Below are positions 36,541 to 47,068 of a stretch of DNA of 64,000 bases, piece by piece. The stretch is taken from the NCBI GenBank assembly GCA_963676835.2, contig CAXXFF010000002.1, forward strand, positions 544,001-608,000, written 5' to 3'. A model generated the notes under the pieces. It did not search any database and was not told the DNA's origin. It saw nothing but the letters and a program-made list of their open reading frames with translations. The number at the start of each line of letters is the position of its first letter. The first letter of the stretch is position 1. The DNA is from Marispirochaeta sp. GTDB taxonomy: Bacteria > Spirochaetota > Spirochaetia > JC444 > Marispirochaetaceae. The translations under genes and the position numbers were made by a program.

Positions 36541-37230
36541 ATGCCCTCAATGTATGAAATCTATCAAAGTCACGCACCAAAATACGATGAACTGGTAAAT
36601 GCGGAAGATTACCGGCATAACCTGCGCAGCTGGCTCAGAGCCAACATCGAATGGAACGGAAAACAGGTAGTGGAAGCCGGAATTGGTACCGGAAGAATCA
36701 CCCGGTTTTATATAGACCTTGTCGAAGCAGTTTTCGGTTATGACCGAGAGTCACATATGCTTGAGCAGTGCAGGGAGAACCTCAAAGAGTTCTCAGAAAA
36801 TCTCCATCTGGAAAAACAGGAAAACATGCAGCTTAAAGCTAACCCTGCGGATATATTCATAGAAGGGTGGAGCTTCGGGCATACCATTATCCAGAACGAA
36901 GATACTTTCAGCTCAGCTGTCCCTCAATTGATGGACCGTATTTTCAGTTGTGTAAAACCCGGTGGAACCATAATTATTGTTGAATCGGAAGGAACTAACG
37001 TAGACGCCCCAAAGGTAAAAACTCCCTGTCTCTCCCGTTTTTATCATGTACTGGAAAACGAGTATGGTTTTACCCATACAACCATAAGCACAGATTACCG
37101 CTTTTCTTCCATTGAGGAAGCAAGCCGCATAATGGGTTTCTTTTTTGGTGATGCAATGGGAGAAGATATTCTTCGTCAGAAACGTACTGTTATCCCAGAG
37201 TATACCGGCATCTATACAAGGAAAATTTAA
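36541..37230 (+). CDS. Class I SAM-dependent methyltransferase
   Basis: VVEAGIGTGRIT, VKPGG. Confidence 0.85.
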   Translation: MPSMYEIYQSHAPKYDELVNAEDYRHNLRSWLRANIEWNGKQVVEAGIGTGRITRFYIDLVEAVFGYDRESHMLEQCRENLKEFSENLHLEKQENMQLKANPADIFIEGWSFGHTIIQNEDTFSSAVPQLMDRIFSCVKPGGTIIIVESEGTNVDAPKVKTPCLSRFYHVLENEYGFTHTTISTDYRFSSIEEASRIMGFFFGDAMGEDILRQKRTVIPEYTGIYTRKI

Positions 37231-37347
37231 AGAAACATGTATAACGTTGACTTCGCATAATTATTTAAATCAGGACCCATTGTAAAAACAGTATAAGATG
37301 ATATATTGCCAGATATAAATTGAGAAAAAGTACATAGAGTATAAAAA

Positions 37348-37659
37348 ATGAGTTATCAGGAAATACTTCAGTTTGAGTGGGACGAATCAAAAAATATAAT
37401 CAACCAGAAAAAACATGGCATCTCCTTCTCAGAAGTATTATCTGTTTTTCAGGATTCAAATATTCTCTCCATGTTTGATCCGGATCACTCACAAACCGAA
37501 GAAAGATGGATATCCATGGGAAGAAGTTTAGATGGTAAAATCCTGGTTATTTCTCATACTTTCCGACAAAACAAGGATAATGAAGAGCAAATCAGAATAA
37601 TTTCCGCCCGTTCTGCCACAAAACAGGAAGAAATAGTATATTATAAAGGAGCACTATGA
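37348..37659 (+). CDS. brnT: BrnT family toxin
   Basis: FEWDESKNIINQKKHGISF...EERW...IRIISARSATKQE. Confidence 0.92.
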   Translation: MSYQEILQFEWDESKNIINQKKHGISFSEVLSVFQDSNILSMFDPDHSQTEERWISMGRSLDGKILVISHTFRQNKDNEEQIRIISARSATKQEEIVYYKGAL

Positions 37660-37937
37660 GAAAGGAATATGATTTTTCCAATGCAAACCGCGGAACTTTT
37701 TATAAACCCGACAAAGGTATAAAAGTCACAGTTAACGTCGATGAAGAAGATATTCAACATCCTCAATTTGAAGTATTTTCGGTTGTTAATGGTAAATTTC
37801 GTTTTCGCCTTAAAAACGACAGCGGGACTGTTTTCACAAGTACAGACTCCTTTTCAACTCAAGAAGACTGTATTGCAGCAATTAATCAGCTCCGACATGC
37901 TTCTGTAATCGCACCAACAATGGTTACATCGGCCTAG
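37656..37937 (+). CDS. Putative antitoxin: BrnA-like N-terminus plus YegP/DUF1508-like domain
   Basis: MRKEYDFS start with ATGA overlap; FEVF...GKFRFRLKNDSG...SFSTQEDCIAAINQLR. Confidence 0.65.
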   Translation: MRKEYDFSNANRGTFYKPDKGIKVTVNVDEEDIQHPQFEVFSVVNGKFRFRLKNDSGTVFTSTDSFSTQEDCIAAINQLRHASVIAPTMVTSA

Positions 37938-38195
37938 TATTTTTGTAGTTTCCTTTCTCCACTAGGATTGAATATCAATCTACATATCGGCAAAAACGAG
38001 ATCCTCGGTCAGGAAAACGCGAAAGGTCAAGAATGCCCAATGGAGATAATACACCCCTGGTGGAAGTCCTTGACCGCATACGCTCGTACTGGTTTTCAAA
38101 TTTCCTTTTGAATAAGTTTCTACAAATAAACCTGAGATCTTTTGTTTCTCAGGATTATTAATTGTAGAGCTGAGACTTTATCCCCCGGCAGAAAA

Positions 38196-38921
38196 TCAAT
38201 CCGCCGTCGAAATCTGATACTTCTTGTCATGGGCAATCTGCATGTACGAACCAGACATTACATTATCACCGCTTATTGTCATCTCTTTTAATGATTTAAA
38301 GGTAATATAGGTAACTGTAAAATTTTTCAATGTGCCGGCGGGAATAAGCACGGAACCATCAGTTATATCCACAGTACGGATGAAATCCTCACCGGACTGG
38401 GTGGAGACTGAAGAAATAGAAATTACCACCGAATCCGGGCTGCTGGTGTATCCGCTGACATCCCAGGATACCGTAAGGTCAGACTCTTCATCATAGGGAA
38501 AGCTTTTGTCCGCACTAATATTAGCAACACAATCCGGCATGGCAAGGCTTGCAGCGTGGGTGTCACCGGAAAAATCAACATTCAGGGTAACATCATTTCC
38601 AATGCTAACCGGGTCAATCGAACTGTTTGCATAATAGACAATGGCATCGGCAAGAGTCTCTCCATTAACGGTTACAACCGCACCTTCGGTAATGGGACCG
38701 AACTCCCCGTCTTCCCGAACAACCACCTCGGCTCTTATGTTCTCCTCGGATGAGCCGGTTGGCATGTACTGTCGTATTTCAGCGGTAATTTTATACGGAA
38801 CATCTGCAGCTCCGGTGCCGCCCGTTCCTGAGCTGCTATCTGATGTTCCGGCGGATTCGCATCCGGTTGTCAATGCGAAAAAGATAACTACAATGAGAAC
38901 GAATAGACTTGGTTTTTTCAT
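38196..38921 (-). CDS. Putative lipoprotein
   Basis: MKKPSLFVLIVVIFFALTTGC followed by a Ser/Gly linker. Confidence 0.75.
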   Translation of the reverse strand: MKKPSLFVLIVVIFFALTTGCESAGTSDSSSGTGGTGAADVPYKITAEIRQYMPTGSSEENIRAEVVVREDGEFGPITEGAVVTVNGETLADAIVYYANSSIDPVSIGNDVTLNVDFSGDTHAASLAMPDCVANISADKSFPYDEESDLTVSWDVSGYTSSPDSVVISISSVSTQSGEDFIRTVDITDGSVLIPAGTLKNFTVTYITFKSLKEMTISGDNVMSGSYMQIAHDKKYQISTAD

Positions 38922-38932
38922 ACTTTCTTCCC

Positions 38933-38967
38933 TTTCTGTTTTTTCTGTTTTTTCTGTTTTTTCTGTT
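38933..38967. repeat. 9-bp tandem repeat (CTGTTTTTT, about 4 copies)
   Basis: CTG at 38936, 38945, 38954 and 38963. Confidence 0.85.
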
Positions 38968-39045
38968 GATGCTTTTTTATATGCATATCTGGTTTACTAA
39001 TTACCAAATAATAGCGCAAAGGTTGTGAAAAATAAATTTTTTTTC

Positions 39046-39837
39046 TTAACTCAGCAGCACCTCATCGTTCTCAAAATCCTTCCTGCGGATTTGATGAAAC
39101 TTATCCACAAGTTTATCCACAGTTAGGTCCTTTTTCTCTTCTCCCTGGATGTCGAGGATAATCTCCCCGGCGTCCAGCATTAAAAGGCGGTTGCCGTACT
39201 CAATGGCATGGGCCATATTGTGGGTAATCATTATGGCGGTAAGCTTATACTCTTCAATAAACCGTTTAGTCAGTTCCAAAACCTTGGCAGCATTGCGGGG
39301 ATCAAGGGCTGCGGTGTGTTCATCCAGCAGAATCAGCGCCGGCCGGGAGAGAACCATCATCAGCAGGGTAAGAGCCTGACGCTGACCGCCGGACAGTAAG
39401 CTGACATTATTCTCAAGACGCTCTTCCAGACCCATATCCAGAACAGTCAGATCCTTTTTAAACTCTTGCCGTAAGCTGTTGTTAAGACTCATCTTAAGAC
39501 CCTTGAAGCCCTTCTTCCGGCTTATGGCCATATTGTCTTCAAGGCTCATATTCCCGGCAGTCCCCAACAGGGGGTTCTGGAAAATCCTGCCGATGTATTT
39601 TGCACGTTTGTATTCCGGAACTTTGGTTACATCTTCATCGTTAACAAAAATTCTGCCTTCGCTGGGAGCATAGGTACCTGCAATCAGGTTAAAGAGGGTA
39701 GATTTTCCGGCTCCGTTGGAACCGATAATGGTAATAAAGTCGCCTTCATTTACGGTAAGGTTAATATTATTCATGGCACGGGTCTCATTTACCGTACCTT
39801 CGTTAAAAACCTTGCTTACACCTTCAAGCCGTATCAT
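39046..39837 (-). CDS. ABC transporter ATP-binding protein
   Basis: GSNGAGKST, LSGGQRQ, LLDEHTAALDP. Confidence 0.93.
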   Translation of the reverse strand: MIRLEGVSKVFNEGTVNETRAMNNINLTVNEGDFITIIGSNGAGKSTLFNLIAGTYAPSEGRIFVNDEDVTKVPEYKRAKYIGRIFQNPLLGTAGNMSLEDNMAISRKKGFKGLKMSLNNSLRQEFKKDLTVLDMGLEERLENNVSLLSGGQRQALTLLMMVLSRPALILLDEHTAALDPRNAAKVLELTKRFIEEYKLTAIMITHNMAHAIEYGNRLLMLDAGEIILDIQGEEKKDLTVDKLVDKFHQIRRKDFENDEVLLS

Positions 39838-40727
39838 GCTGCTGCCTTCCTTTTGCCGGTTTTTACTTTGGTAAGAATCAGGGAAAGGATAATCAGCAGT
39901 CCCGTAATCAGTTTAAGGTCATTGGGGGTCATATGGATCATATAGCCGTATAATCGTCCAAGAAACATGATTCCCCGGAAAACTATGGCCCCCAGTACCA
40001 CCCTTACCAGCAGAGGCCAGATCTTGTTGGAACGGATAAAAAACTCACCGATCATCACCGATGCAAGGCCCGAAACAACTATTCCGGTACCGAGATTTAT
40101 ATCCGCAAAGCCCTGATACTGGGCAGCCAGGGCACCGGCAACACCGACCAGTCCATTGGAAAGCCCTACACCGATAATCTTCATTACCTCCGGGTTAACC
40201 CCCTGGGAGATAACCATCTGCTGGTTGTTGCCCATGGCGCCCAGGGTCAGCCCCATATCGGTATGGAAAAAGAGATTCAGCAGAAAAATGATTCCCCCCG
40301 TTACCAGCAGCAGGAAAATCAGCACCGCATACTCACCGGGAATTCCAATTGCCGTACTTAAACGGTTCACAAATGAAAAGGCGGTATCCACATTCATCAG
40401 CGGAACGTTTGCCCGGTTTCCCAGCACCCGGATATTTACCGAGTAAAGCATGGTCATGGTTAGAATTCCCGCCAGCAGGTTGGGGACCTTCAGCTTGTTG
40501 TGAATAACTGCGGTTACAATGCCGGCAAGTATTCCACCCGCAAGGGCCAGAAGCATGGCTGCAAAAATCGGAAGTCCTGCGGTTATGGCAGAAGCAGCTA
40601 TGGCTGCGCCGAAGGGGAAACTGCCGTCCACCGTAAGGTCGGGAAAGTCAAGAATTCTGAAGGTAATAAAAACCCCCAGAGCCAGAATACCGTAAATAAG
40701 TCCTTCGTGGAGAATGCCCTCTATCAC
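39834..40727 (-). CDS. ABC transporter permease
   Basis: FRILDFPDLTVDGSFP, QYQGFADINLGTG, multiple TM helices. Confidence 0.92.
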   Translation of the reverse strand: MIEGILHEGLIYGILALGVFITFRILDFPDLTVDGSFPFGAAIAASAITAGLPIFAAMLLALAGGILAGIVTAVIHNKLKVPNLLAGILTMTMLYSVNIRVLGNRANVPLMNVDTAFSFVNRLSTAIGIPGEYAVLIFLLLVTGGIIFLLNLFFHTDMGLTLGAMGNNQQMVISQGVNPEVMKIIGVGLSNGLVGVAGALAAQYQGFADINLGTGIVVSGLASVMIGEFFIRSNKIWPLLVRVVLGAIVFRGIMFLGRLYGYMIHMTPNDLKLITGLLIILSLILTKVKTGKRKAAA

Positions 40728-41006
40728 GCTGCTGCTCGTTCCTTGTTATCAAGAGTATATGGTTTCACTTTTAAATATGCAGTACCTGTATTTTCAGGCA
40801 AGTGATTCTATCAGAAATAACAGGAAAGAACGACCCTTCACCATATACCCTATACCCTATACCCCTCTGGTAATGCCGGTTTTCTCGTTGCTCCAGGATA
40901 TTGCTTCCTGCATCTTTTCTTTCTTCTTTCTTCTTTTTTCTGGCCACTGGATTTTCGATTTGTCAAACTTCTGGACTTTTCAAAGTTCTACGGCTATTTT
41001 CTTTCT

Positions 41007-41810
41007 ATGATAAAATCACCAAAAGAGCTTGCGCTCAACAGAAAAATACTCAAACTCCTGGAGGGAAAGCCCCTAAAGCTCGCAGAAATCCTGATGGATG
41101 ATCCCGAAATTCACGCCATGCAGGAGTACGCTAATACGGTATCCATAAAACGTCTGGGATTTAACGATCACGGCCCGGTACACATGCGCATGGTCCTGCT
41201 CAATGCCGTTACCATGATGGAACTGCTGAAAAAAGCGGGCATAAAAATGAGTCTGGAAGAGGAGGAGATCGGCAGTTTTGAAGACAGTATGGCTGCAGTC
41301 ATGCTTGCCTCATTTCTTCACGACCTGGGAATGACCATAGGCCGGCAGGATCATGAACTTCACAGCACCTATCTTGCCTATCCCATAATCGACCGGATTC
41401 TAAAAGCAATCTACCCGGACAATCTGGAAAAACGGGTTATAGTACGATCCCTCGCAATTGAAGGTATTGTAGGCCATATGGCTCACCATACGGTTCACTC
41501 CCTGGAAGCAGGAATTATCCTGGTTGCTGACGGCTGCGATATGTCCAGAGGCAGAGCGAGAATACCGCTCTTCCTCAACACCGCACCCAAAGTGGGAGAT
41601 ATCCACAAATACTCTGCCAATTCAATAGAAAAGGTGAAGATAGAAGCAGGGGAGGAACTTCCCGTAAAAGTAACGGTCAAAATGTCATCGGAAGTGGGAT
41701 TCTTTCAGGTGGAAGAGGTGCTTATGACAAAAATCGCCTCCTCCACAGCCAAACCCTATATCGAGCTTTATGCCGGTGTGGACGGAGGCGAAATCAAACG
41801 CTACCTGTAA
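41007..41810 (+). CDS. HD-domain metal-dependent phosphohydrolase
   Basis: GFNDHGPVH, FLHDLG, VADGCDM. Confidence 0.88.
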   Translation: MIKSPKELALNRKILKLLEGKPLKLAEILMDDPEIHAMQEYANTVSIKRLGFNDHGPVHMRMVLLNAVTMMELLKKAGIKMSLEEEEIGSFEDSMAAVMLASFLHDLGMTIGRQDHELHSTYLAYPIIDRILKAIYPDNLEKRVIVRSLAIEGIVGHMAHHTVHSLEAGIILVADGCDMSRGRARIPLFLNTAPKVGDIHKYSANSIEKVKIEAGEELPVKVTVKMSSEVGFFQVEEVLMTKIASSTAKPYIELYAGVDGGEIKRYL

Positions 41811-41821
41811 AGCCAGTCTAT

Positions 41822-43600
41822 TTATAAATCTTCGTCGGGCATCTCTATGCGGATGTGCAGCTCTTCGAGCTGACGATCCGATACGGCCCGCGGTGAGTCC
41901 ATCATCGGCTCCTGAGCCTTCTGGTTCATGGGGAAAGCCACAATCTCCCTCAGGTTTTCTACATTAGCCAGCAGCATAACAATCCGATCAAGCCCGGGGG
42001 CAATTCCTCCGTGAGGAGGTGCACCATAACGGAAAGCGGAAATCATACCGCTGAACTGGGCATCAACTTCTTCTTTTGTGTAGCCGCCGATATCGAAGGC
42101 CTTATACATAATTTCCGGCCGGTGGTTTCTGATCGCACCGGAAGAAAGCTCCTCTCCGTTACAGACCAGGTCATACTGGTAAGCCAGAATCTCAAGGGGA
42201 TCCTTGTTTTCCAGGGCTTCCATTCCGCCCTGGGGCATGGAGAAGGGGTTATGACTGAACTGAACCGCTCCGGTATGCTCATCCAGCTCAAACATGGGGT
42301 AATCAACAACCCAGCAGAAGCGGAAGGTATCTTTTTCCAGCAGATCAAGATCCTTACCCAGCTTGTTCCGAACATGTCCGGCAATTGATGCAGCAGGTCC
42401 CGGCTGATCGCAGACAAAAAAGACCACATCACCATCGGCCGCATCACAGGTGGATGCGATAGCCTTCAGATTTTCCTCAGAGAGAAACTTTGCGATGGGA
42501 CTTTTTACCTCGCCGTCGGCCCAGGTAATATAGGCAAGCCCTTTGGATCCAACGGACTGGGCAAACTCAATCATCTTGTCAAAAAAAGAACGGGACTGAC
42601 CGGCAATACCCTTAACCGGCAGAGCCCGTACCACAGCGCCGGATTTAATTGCCCCGGCAAATGCCTTGAAATCGGAATTACGGAATGCCTCTGTGACATC
42701 CTGAATAACAATGGGGTTACGCAGGTCAGGCTTGTCGGAACCGTATTTGAGCATAGCCTCAGCAAAGGGAATCCGCTGGAAAGGTGCTTCAGACATCTTC
42801 CAGCCGGAAAACTCACTGAAGATTCCTGTCATCAGCTCTTCTATAACCTTGAAAACATCATCCTGTTCAACAAAGGACATCTCCACATCTATCTGGTAGA
42901 ACTCACCGGGGCTTCGGTTGGCCCGGGCGTCTTCATCGCGAAAACAGGGGGCAATCTGAAAGTAACGGTCAAAGCCGGCTACCATTAAAAGCTGTTTATA
43001 CTGCTGGGGAGCCTGGGGCAGAGCGTAGAATTTTCCCGGATGAAGCCTGCTTGGGACAAGATAGTCCCTGGCGCCTTCGGGACTGGAAGCGGTCAGAATA
43101 GGAGTCTGATATTCCGTAAAACCCATGGCTTCCATTCTACGGCGGACGGAAGAGATAACCTTCGAACGGAGGAGAATATGCTTATGCATGCTCTCCCGGC
43201 GCAGATCCAGGTAGCGGTAGGTAAGCCGCAGCTCTTCCGGCTCTTTATCCTCGGGAAAAACCTGGAAGGGGAGGGGATCACACTTGCCGAGAATCTCCCA
43301 GCTTTTAATCTCAACCTCAACCTCTCCGGAGGAAATACGGGTATTGACGGTTTCCTCGTCCCGCTTGCGGACGGTTCCGATGACCTTGATGCAGTTCTCT
43401 TTCTGAAGGTGGGCAACCTCATATTTGAAACCCGACTCGGGATAGCTGACCAGCTGAGTAATGCCGTAATTGTCACGTAAGTCGATAAAAAGAACACCAC
43501 CATGGTCGCGGTGATTATTGATCCAGCCCGAGAGGGTTACCTCCTGGCCGACATGATCCTGTGTAAGTTCGTCGCAACGGTGAGTGCGGTATGCGTTCAT
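41822..43600 (-). CDS. aspS: Aspartyl-tRNA synthetase (probably non-discriminating)
   Basis: RTH, RDHGG, ALPQAPQ, FRDED, GAPPHGGIAPGLDR; adjacent to gatCAB. Confidence 0.96.
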   Translation of the reverse strand: MNAYRTHRCDELTQDHVGQEVTLSGWINNHRDHGGVLFIDLRDNYGITQLVSYPESGFKYEVAHLQKENCIKVIGTVRKRDEETVNTRISSGEVEVEIKSWEILGKCDPLPFQVFPEDKEPEELRLTYRYLDLRRESMHKHILLRSKVISSVRRRMEAMGFTEYQTPILTASSPEGARDYLVPSRLHPGKFYALPQAPQQYKQLLMVAGFDRYFQIAPCFRDEDARANRSPGEFYQIDVEMSFVEQDDVFKVIEELMTGIFSEFSGWKMSEAPFQRIPFAEAMLKYGSDKPDLRNPIVIQDVTEAFRNSDFKAFAGAIKSGAVVRALPVKGIAGQSRSFFDKMIEFAQSVGSKGLAYITWADGEVKSPIAKFLSEENLKAIASTCDAADGDVVFFVCDQPGPAASIAGHVRNKLGKDLDLLEKDTFRFCWVVDYPMFELDEHTGAVQFSHNPFSMPQGGMEALENKDPLEILAYQYDLVCNGEELSSGAIRNHRPEIMYKAFDIGGYTKEEVDAQFSGMISAFRYGAPPHGGIAPGLDRIVMLLANVENLREIVAFPMNQKAQEPMMDSPRAVSDRQLEELHIRIEMPDEDL

Positions 43601-43691
43601 CTGTGTTTACCCCGTATAATCGGAAAAAGCCTGTAGTAAGTAAGCGAAATACTATCAGAAATAGAAGTACTGTTTCAAGGAAAGGGCGGCA

Positions 43692-45116
43692 TCAGAGCCC
43701 GAAATGGGCCCTGATCAGTGCCTGCGCAGTCTGAGGGTCGGCCTTGCCGGCGGATGCCTTCATTACCTGACCGACAAAAAAGCCGATTGGTTTGAGATCT
43801 CCCGACTGAATCTGCTCCACCGCCTGGGGATTCTCCGCGGCAATTTTTGCAATCAGCTCTTTGAGCTCATCGGAGTTGTCCTCCTGCTCAAGTCCCCGCT
43901 CATCCACAATTACCTCAGGTTCCTTGTCTTCCTCAAGGACTGCTTCAAGCACCTCCCGGGCGGCATTACGGTTGACCGTGTTCTTCTCCACCAGACCGAT
44001 CAGCCTGGCCAGCCGCTGCGGAGTAAGCGCGCTTTCCGCAAGGGAAACATCCATTCTTTTCAGATACTTCTGCACATCTCCGGTAATCCAGGCGGCAGCT
44101 GTGGCAGCATCGACACCGGCAGTTATGGTTTCCTCAAAGAAATCTGCAGAAGCCCGTTCTTCGGTAAGCAGTTCAGCCTGAACAAGCTTCAGCTTGAGCT
44201 CCTCAACAAAGCGGTTTTTCCGTGTAAGGGGCAGTTCAACCAGGGCGGCATCAACCCGTGACATAAACTCTTCTCCCGGACGGAAGGGAGGCATGTCGGG
44301 TTCGGGAAAATAGCGGTAGTCGTGGGCGCTCTCTTTTGTGCGCATCGACTCTGTTCTCGACGCAGCTTCGTCCCAGAGACGGGTCTCCTGCACCACCTTT
44401 TCACCTTTTTCGATAACCTTTCGCTGACGCTTCATTTCATAGTTAAGGGCAAGCTTGAGAAAGCGGGAAGAGTTAACATTCTTCACTTCCGTTTTTGTTC
44501 CCAAGCCCTTCCCCTGAAGGTTTATCGAAATGTTGCCGTCACAGCGCATGGATCCTTCTTCCATGTTGCCGTCACAGACACCCAGGTAGCGCACCAGGCT
44601 GCGGAACTGCTGTAAAAAAGCTTCTGCATCTTCTCCGGTAACCATATCAGGCTCGGTTACAATCTCAAGCAGACTGGTTCCAGCCCGGTTATAGTCCAGA
44701 AGACTGCCGCTGCTGGAGTGAATCATCTTTCCTGCGTCCTCTTCCAGATGAATATCGTGGATTCGGACCCGCTTAACTTCACCGCCCACCTCAATATCGA
44801 AGTAGCCGCCGGTTCCCACGGGCCGGTGAAACTGGGAAATCTGATAGTTTTTGGTCATATCGGGATAAAAGTAGTTTTTTCTGTCAAAGAGGGAGTTTTC
44901 TTCCAGCTTGCAGTTAAGAGCCTTACCAACAAGATAGGACATGAACATCGCCTCGTCGTTCAGGGCGGGTAGAACTCCGGGATACCCCATGCAGACGGGG
45001 CAGACATTGCTGTTGGGTTCATCGCCGAAACGGTTGTCACAGTCGCAGAAAACTTTGGTTTTTGTCTGAAGATGAATATGGACTTCCAGTCCTATGAATG
45101 ATTCGTACTTGCTCAC
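43692..45116 (-). CDS. gatB: Asp/Glu-tRNA amidotransferase subunit B
   Basis: IGLEVH, FDRKNYFYPD, HLEEDAGK, YRYFPEPD. Confidence 0.97.
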   Translation of the reverse strand: MSKYESFIGLEVHIHLQTKTKVFCDCDNRFGDEPNSNVCPVCMGYPGVLPALNDEAMFMSYLVGKALNCKLEENSLFDRKNYFYPDMTKNYQISQFHRPVGTGGYFDIEVGGEVKRVRIHDIHLEEDAGKMIHSSSGSLLDYNRAGTSLLEIVTEPDMVTGEDAEAFLQQFRSLVRYLGVCDGNMEEGSMRCDGNISINLQGKGLGTKTEVKNVNSSRFLKLALNYEMKRQRKVIEKGEKVVQETRLWDEAASRTESMRTKESAHDYRYFPEPDMPPFRPGEEFMSRVDAALVELPLTRKNRFVEELKLKLVQAELLTEERASADFFEETITAGVDAATAAAWITGDVQKYLKRMDVSLAESALTPQRLARLIGLVEKNTVNRNAAREVLEAVLEEDKEPEVIVDERGLEQEDNSDELKELIAKIAAENPQAVEQIQSGDLKPIGFFVGQVMKASAGKADPQTAQALIRAHFGL

Positions 45117-46507
45117 ACTGGCTCCTTGAAACCATCGGGGGTACCGGGACTAAAAACAGAGCGGTAGTCTTCAGCACCCTGGAAAAGCCGTTCCTCGCAG
45201 AGTGCCGGCGCCAGCAGCTGCATTCCCACAGGCAGCTTTCCGTCCATTCCGGCGGGAAAACTGAACCCCGGAATACCCGCAAGGTTTGCAGCGGCGGTAA
45301 ATTTGTCCGCAAGCTTCTGCTGAAACGCATCCAGCCCGGAATCCCCATGGGGAAATGCCGCAGATGGGAAGGCCGGCATGAGCATCATGTCGGCCCCGGC
45401 AAAAACTTCTGCAAACTCATCAGCAATCAGGGTGCGGATGCGCTGGGCCCTTCCGTAATACTGATCCTGAAAACCGGACCGCAGTACATAGGTACCCAGA
45501 AGAATACGCAGCTTGACCTCATGGCCGAAGCCTTCAGAGCGTGTATTCTTAACCATATCCATATGATCGTCTGCGGCGGCACGGTATCCGTAGCGGATTC
45601 CGGTGTAGCGTGCAAGGTTTGCCGACGCTTCCGCCATGGCAATGGTGTAGTAGGCTGGTACTACATATTCAAGACTCTTGAGTGTTACCGGAACAATCTC
45701 GTATCCCAGGCCGCGGAAACCTTCAAGGGTTTCCTCATAAACCTTTGCCACCCCGGGTGTCAGGTCGGAAAGACCTTCAAGAACAGCTATCCGCTTACTG
45801 CCGGAATCACCGGATTTATCTTCGTATTGAACCGTGGTCTGATCCAGTTCATCTTCACCCTTGATAACATCAAACACTGTTCTGCAGGTTTCAATGTCCC
45901 GGGAAAGAATCCCGATGCTTTCCAGAGATGAAGCATAGGCGACAAGACCATACCGGGAAACTGCACCGTAGGAGGGCTTGAGTCCGTACACTCCGCAGAA
46001 CGAAGCGGGCTGCCGCACCGAACCGCCGGTATCACTGCCCAGTGCGAAAGGTACCTGACCTGCTGCAACCGCAGCGGCAGATCCTCCGGATGAACCGCCG
46101 GGAACACAGCCGGTATCCCAGGGATTTGAAGTGGGCCCGTGGATCGAGTTTGCACAGGAAGACCCCATACCGAATTCGTCCAGATTGCATTTTCCGTACA
46201 CCACCGCACCGGCGGCATCAAGCTTGCTTATTGCAGTTGCAGAATAGGGAGAAGTAAATCCTTCCAGAACCTTGGAACCGCAGCTGAGGCCGAAGCCCTC
46301 CACGGCAATATTATCCTTTACTCCGTAAGGTACCCCGGAGAGAGCTCCTTCGGAGCTATCCTGCTTTGCCGGATTATCTGACCGGAGTTCAGTAAATGCG
46401 TTTATCTTCTTTTCCCAGCCGTCAACATAGGCACGGTGGGTTTCCGCCCGGGAGGAATCACTTAACAATCCCTTCCAGGGTGCAAGAATATCAGATTCAT
46501 TACTCAT
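45113..46507 (-). CDS. gatA: Asp/Glu-tRNA amidotransferase subunit A
   Basis: KDNI, GGSSGGSAAAV, GSDTGGSVRQPAS, SANLARY.GIRYG. Confidence 0.96.
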   Translation of the reverse strand: MSNESDILAPWKGLLSDSSRAETHRAYVDGWEKKINAFTELRSDNPAKQDSSEGALSGVPYGVKDNIAVEGFGLSCGSKVLEGFTSPYSATAISKLDAAGAVVYGKCNLDEFGMGSSCANSIHGPTSNPWDTGCVPGGSSGGSAAAVAAGQVPFALGSDTGGSVRQPASFCGVYGLKPSYGAVSRYGLVAYASSLESIGILSRDIETCRTVFDVIKGEDELDQTTVQYEDKSGDSGSKRIAVLEGLSDLTPGVAKVYEETLEGFRGLGYEIVPVTLKSLEYVVPAYYTIAMAEASANLARYTGIRYGYRAAADDHMDMVKNTRSEGFGHEVKLRILLGTYVLRSGFQDQYYGRAQRIRTLIADEFAEVFAGADMMLMPAFPSAAFPHGDSGLDAFQQKLADKFTAAANLAGIPGFSFPAGMDGKLPVGMQLLAPALCEERLFQGAEDYRSVFSPGTPDGFKEPV

Positions 46508-46531
46508 ATATGCTATACCTTGTTCCGGATC

Positions 46532-46810
46532 CTACAGAACCCGGGGAATACGGATAAACCGGTCCTGCATATCCGGACGATTCTTAAGAATCCCCTCGGA
46601 AACATCCCGGTTTCGGGGCTCATCCTTCCGTGTCCGGTTTCCCCGGACGCCTACGTGTGTAGTCGCTTCCACACCTTCCACATCTATTCCGTTCATAAGC
46701 TCAAAATATTCGAGCATACGGCCCACTTCATTCTCGAAAGCTGCCCGTTCGTCCGCAGAAAGTTCAAGATTCGCCAGTTCGGCGGTTAAATCGAGTTCCT
46801 TGTTATCCAT
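46532..46810 (-). CDS. gatC: Asp/Glu-tRNA amidotransferase subunit C
   Basis: AELANLEL...FIRIPRVL; operon position. Confidence 0.9.
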   Translation of the reverse strand: MDNKELDLTAELANLELSADERAAFENEVGRMLEYFELMNGIDVEGVEATTHVGVRGNRTRKDEPRNRDVSEGILKNRPDMQDRFIRIPRVL

Positions 46811-47068
46811 GATTGCCCCAACTCTACCCCTCCAGTATTGCTCATGTCAAGAGAAGCATTTAACTGTTTATATGGTAATAGGTTAAATCCCCATGACCCC
46901 TTTTACCCCATTTTATTTTGGTCCGTCCGATTTGACTTTTGCTTTTACTTCGTGTATTGTATATGCTTAAATCCTAGGACAGATTTTATACGCTGACCTT
47001 TGCTAACATACATCTAATCTGTATGTGATAATACTAGTATATACCTACTAATCGGGTAAGGAGCTTTA

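Noticed and set aside
37236..37270. TATAACGTTGACTTCGCATAATTATTTAAAT upstream of brnT, resembling a cassette end or dif half-sites
   Set aside because: No 11-bp stem, matching GTTA end or 6-bp spacer was found; probably chance or too decayed to support.
45098..45931. 277-aa plus-strand ORF and other long antisense ORFs in the core region
   Set aside because: Antisense shadows of gatA, gatB, aspS, parB, add and similar genes.
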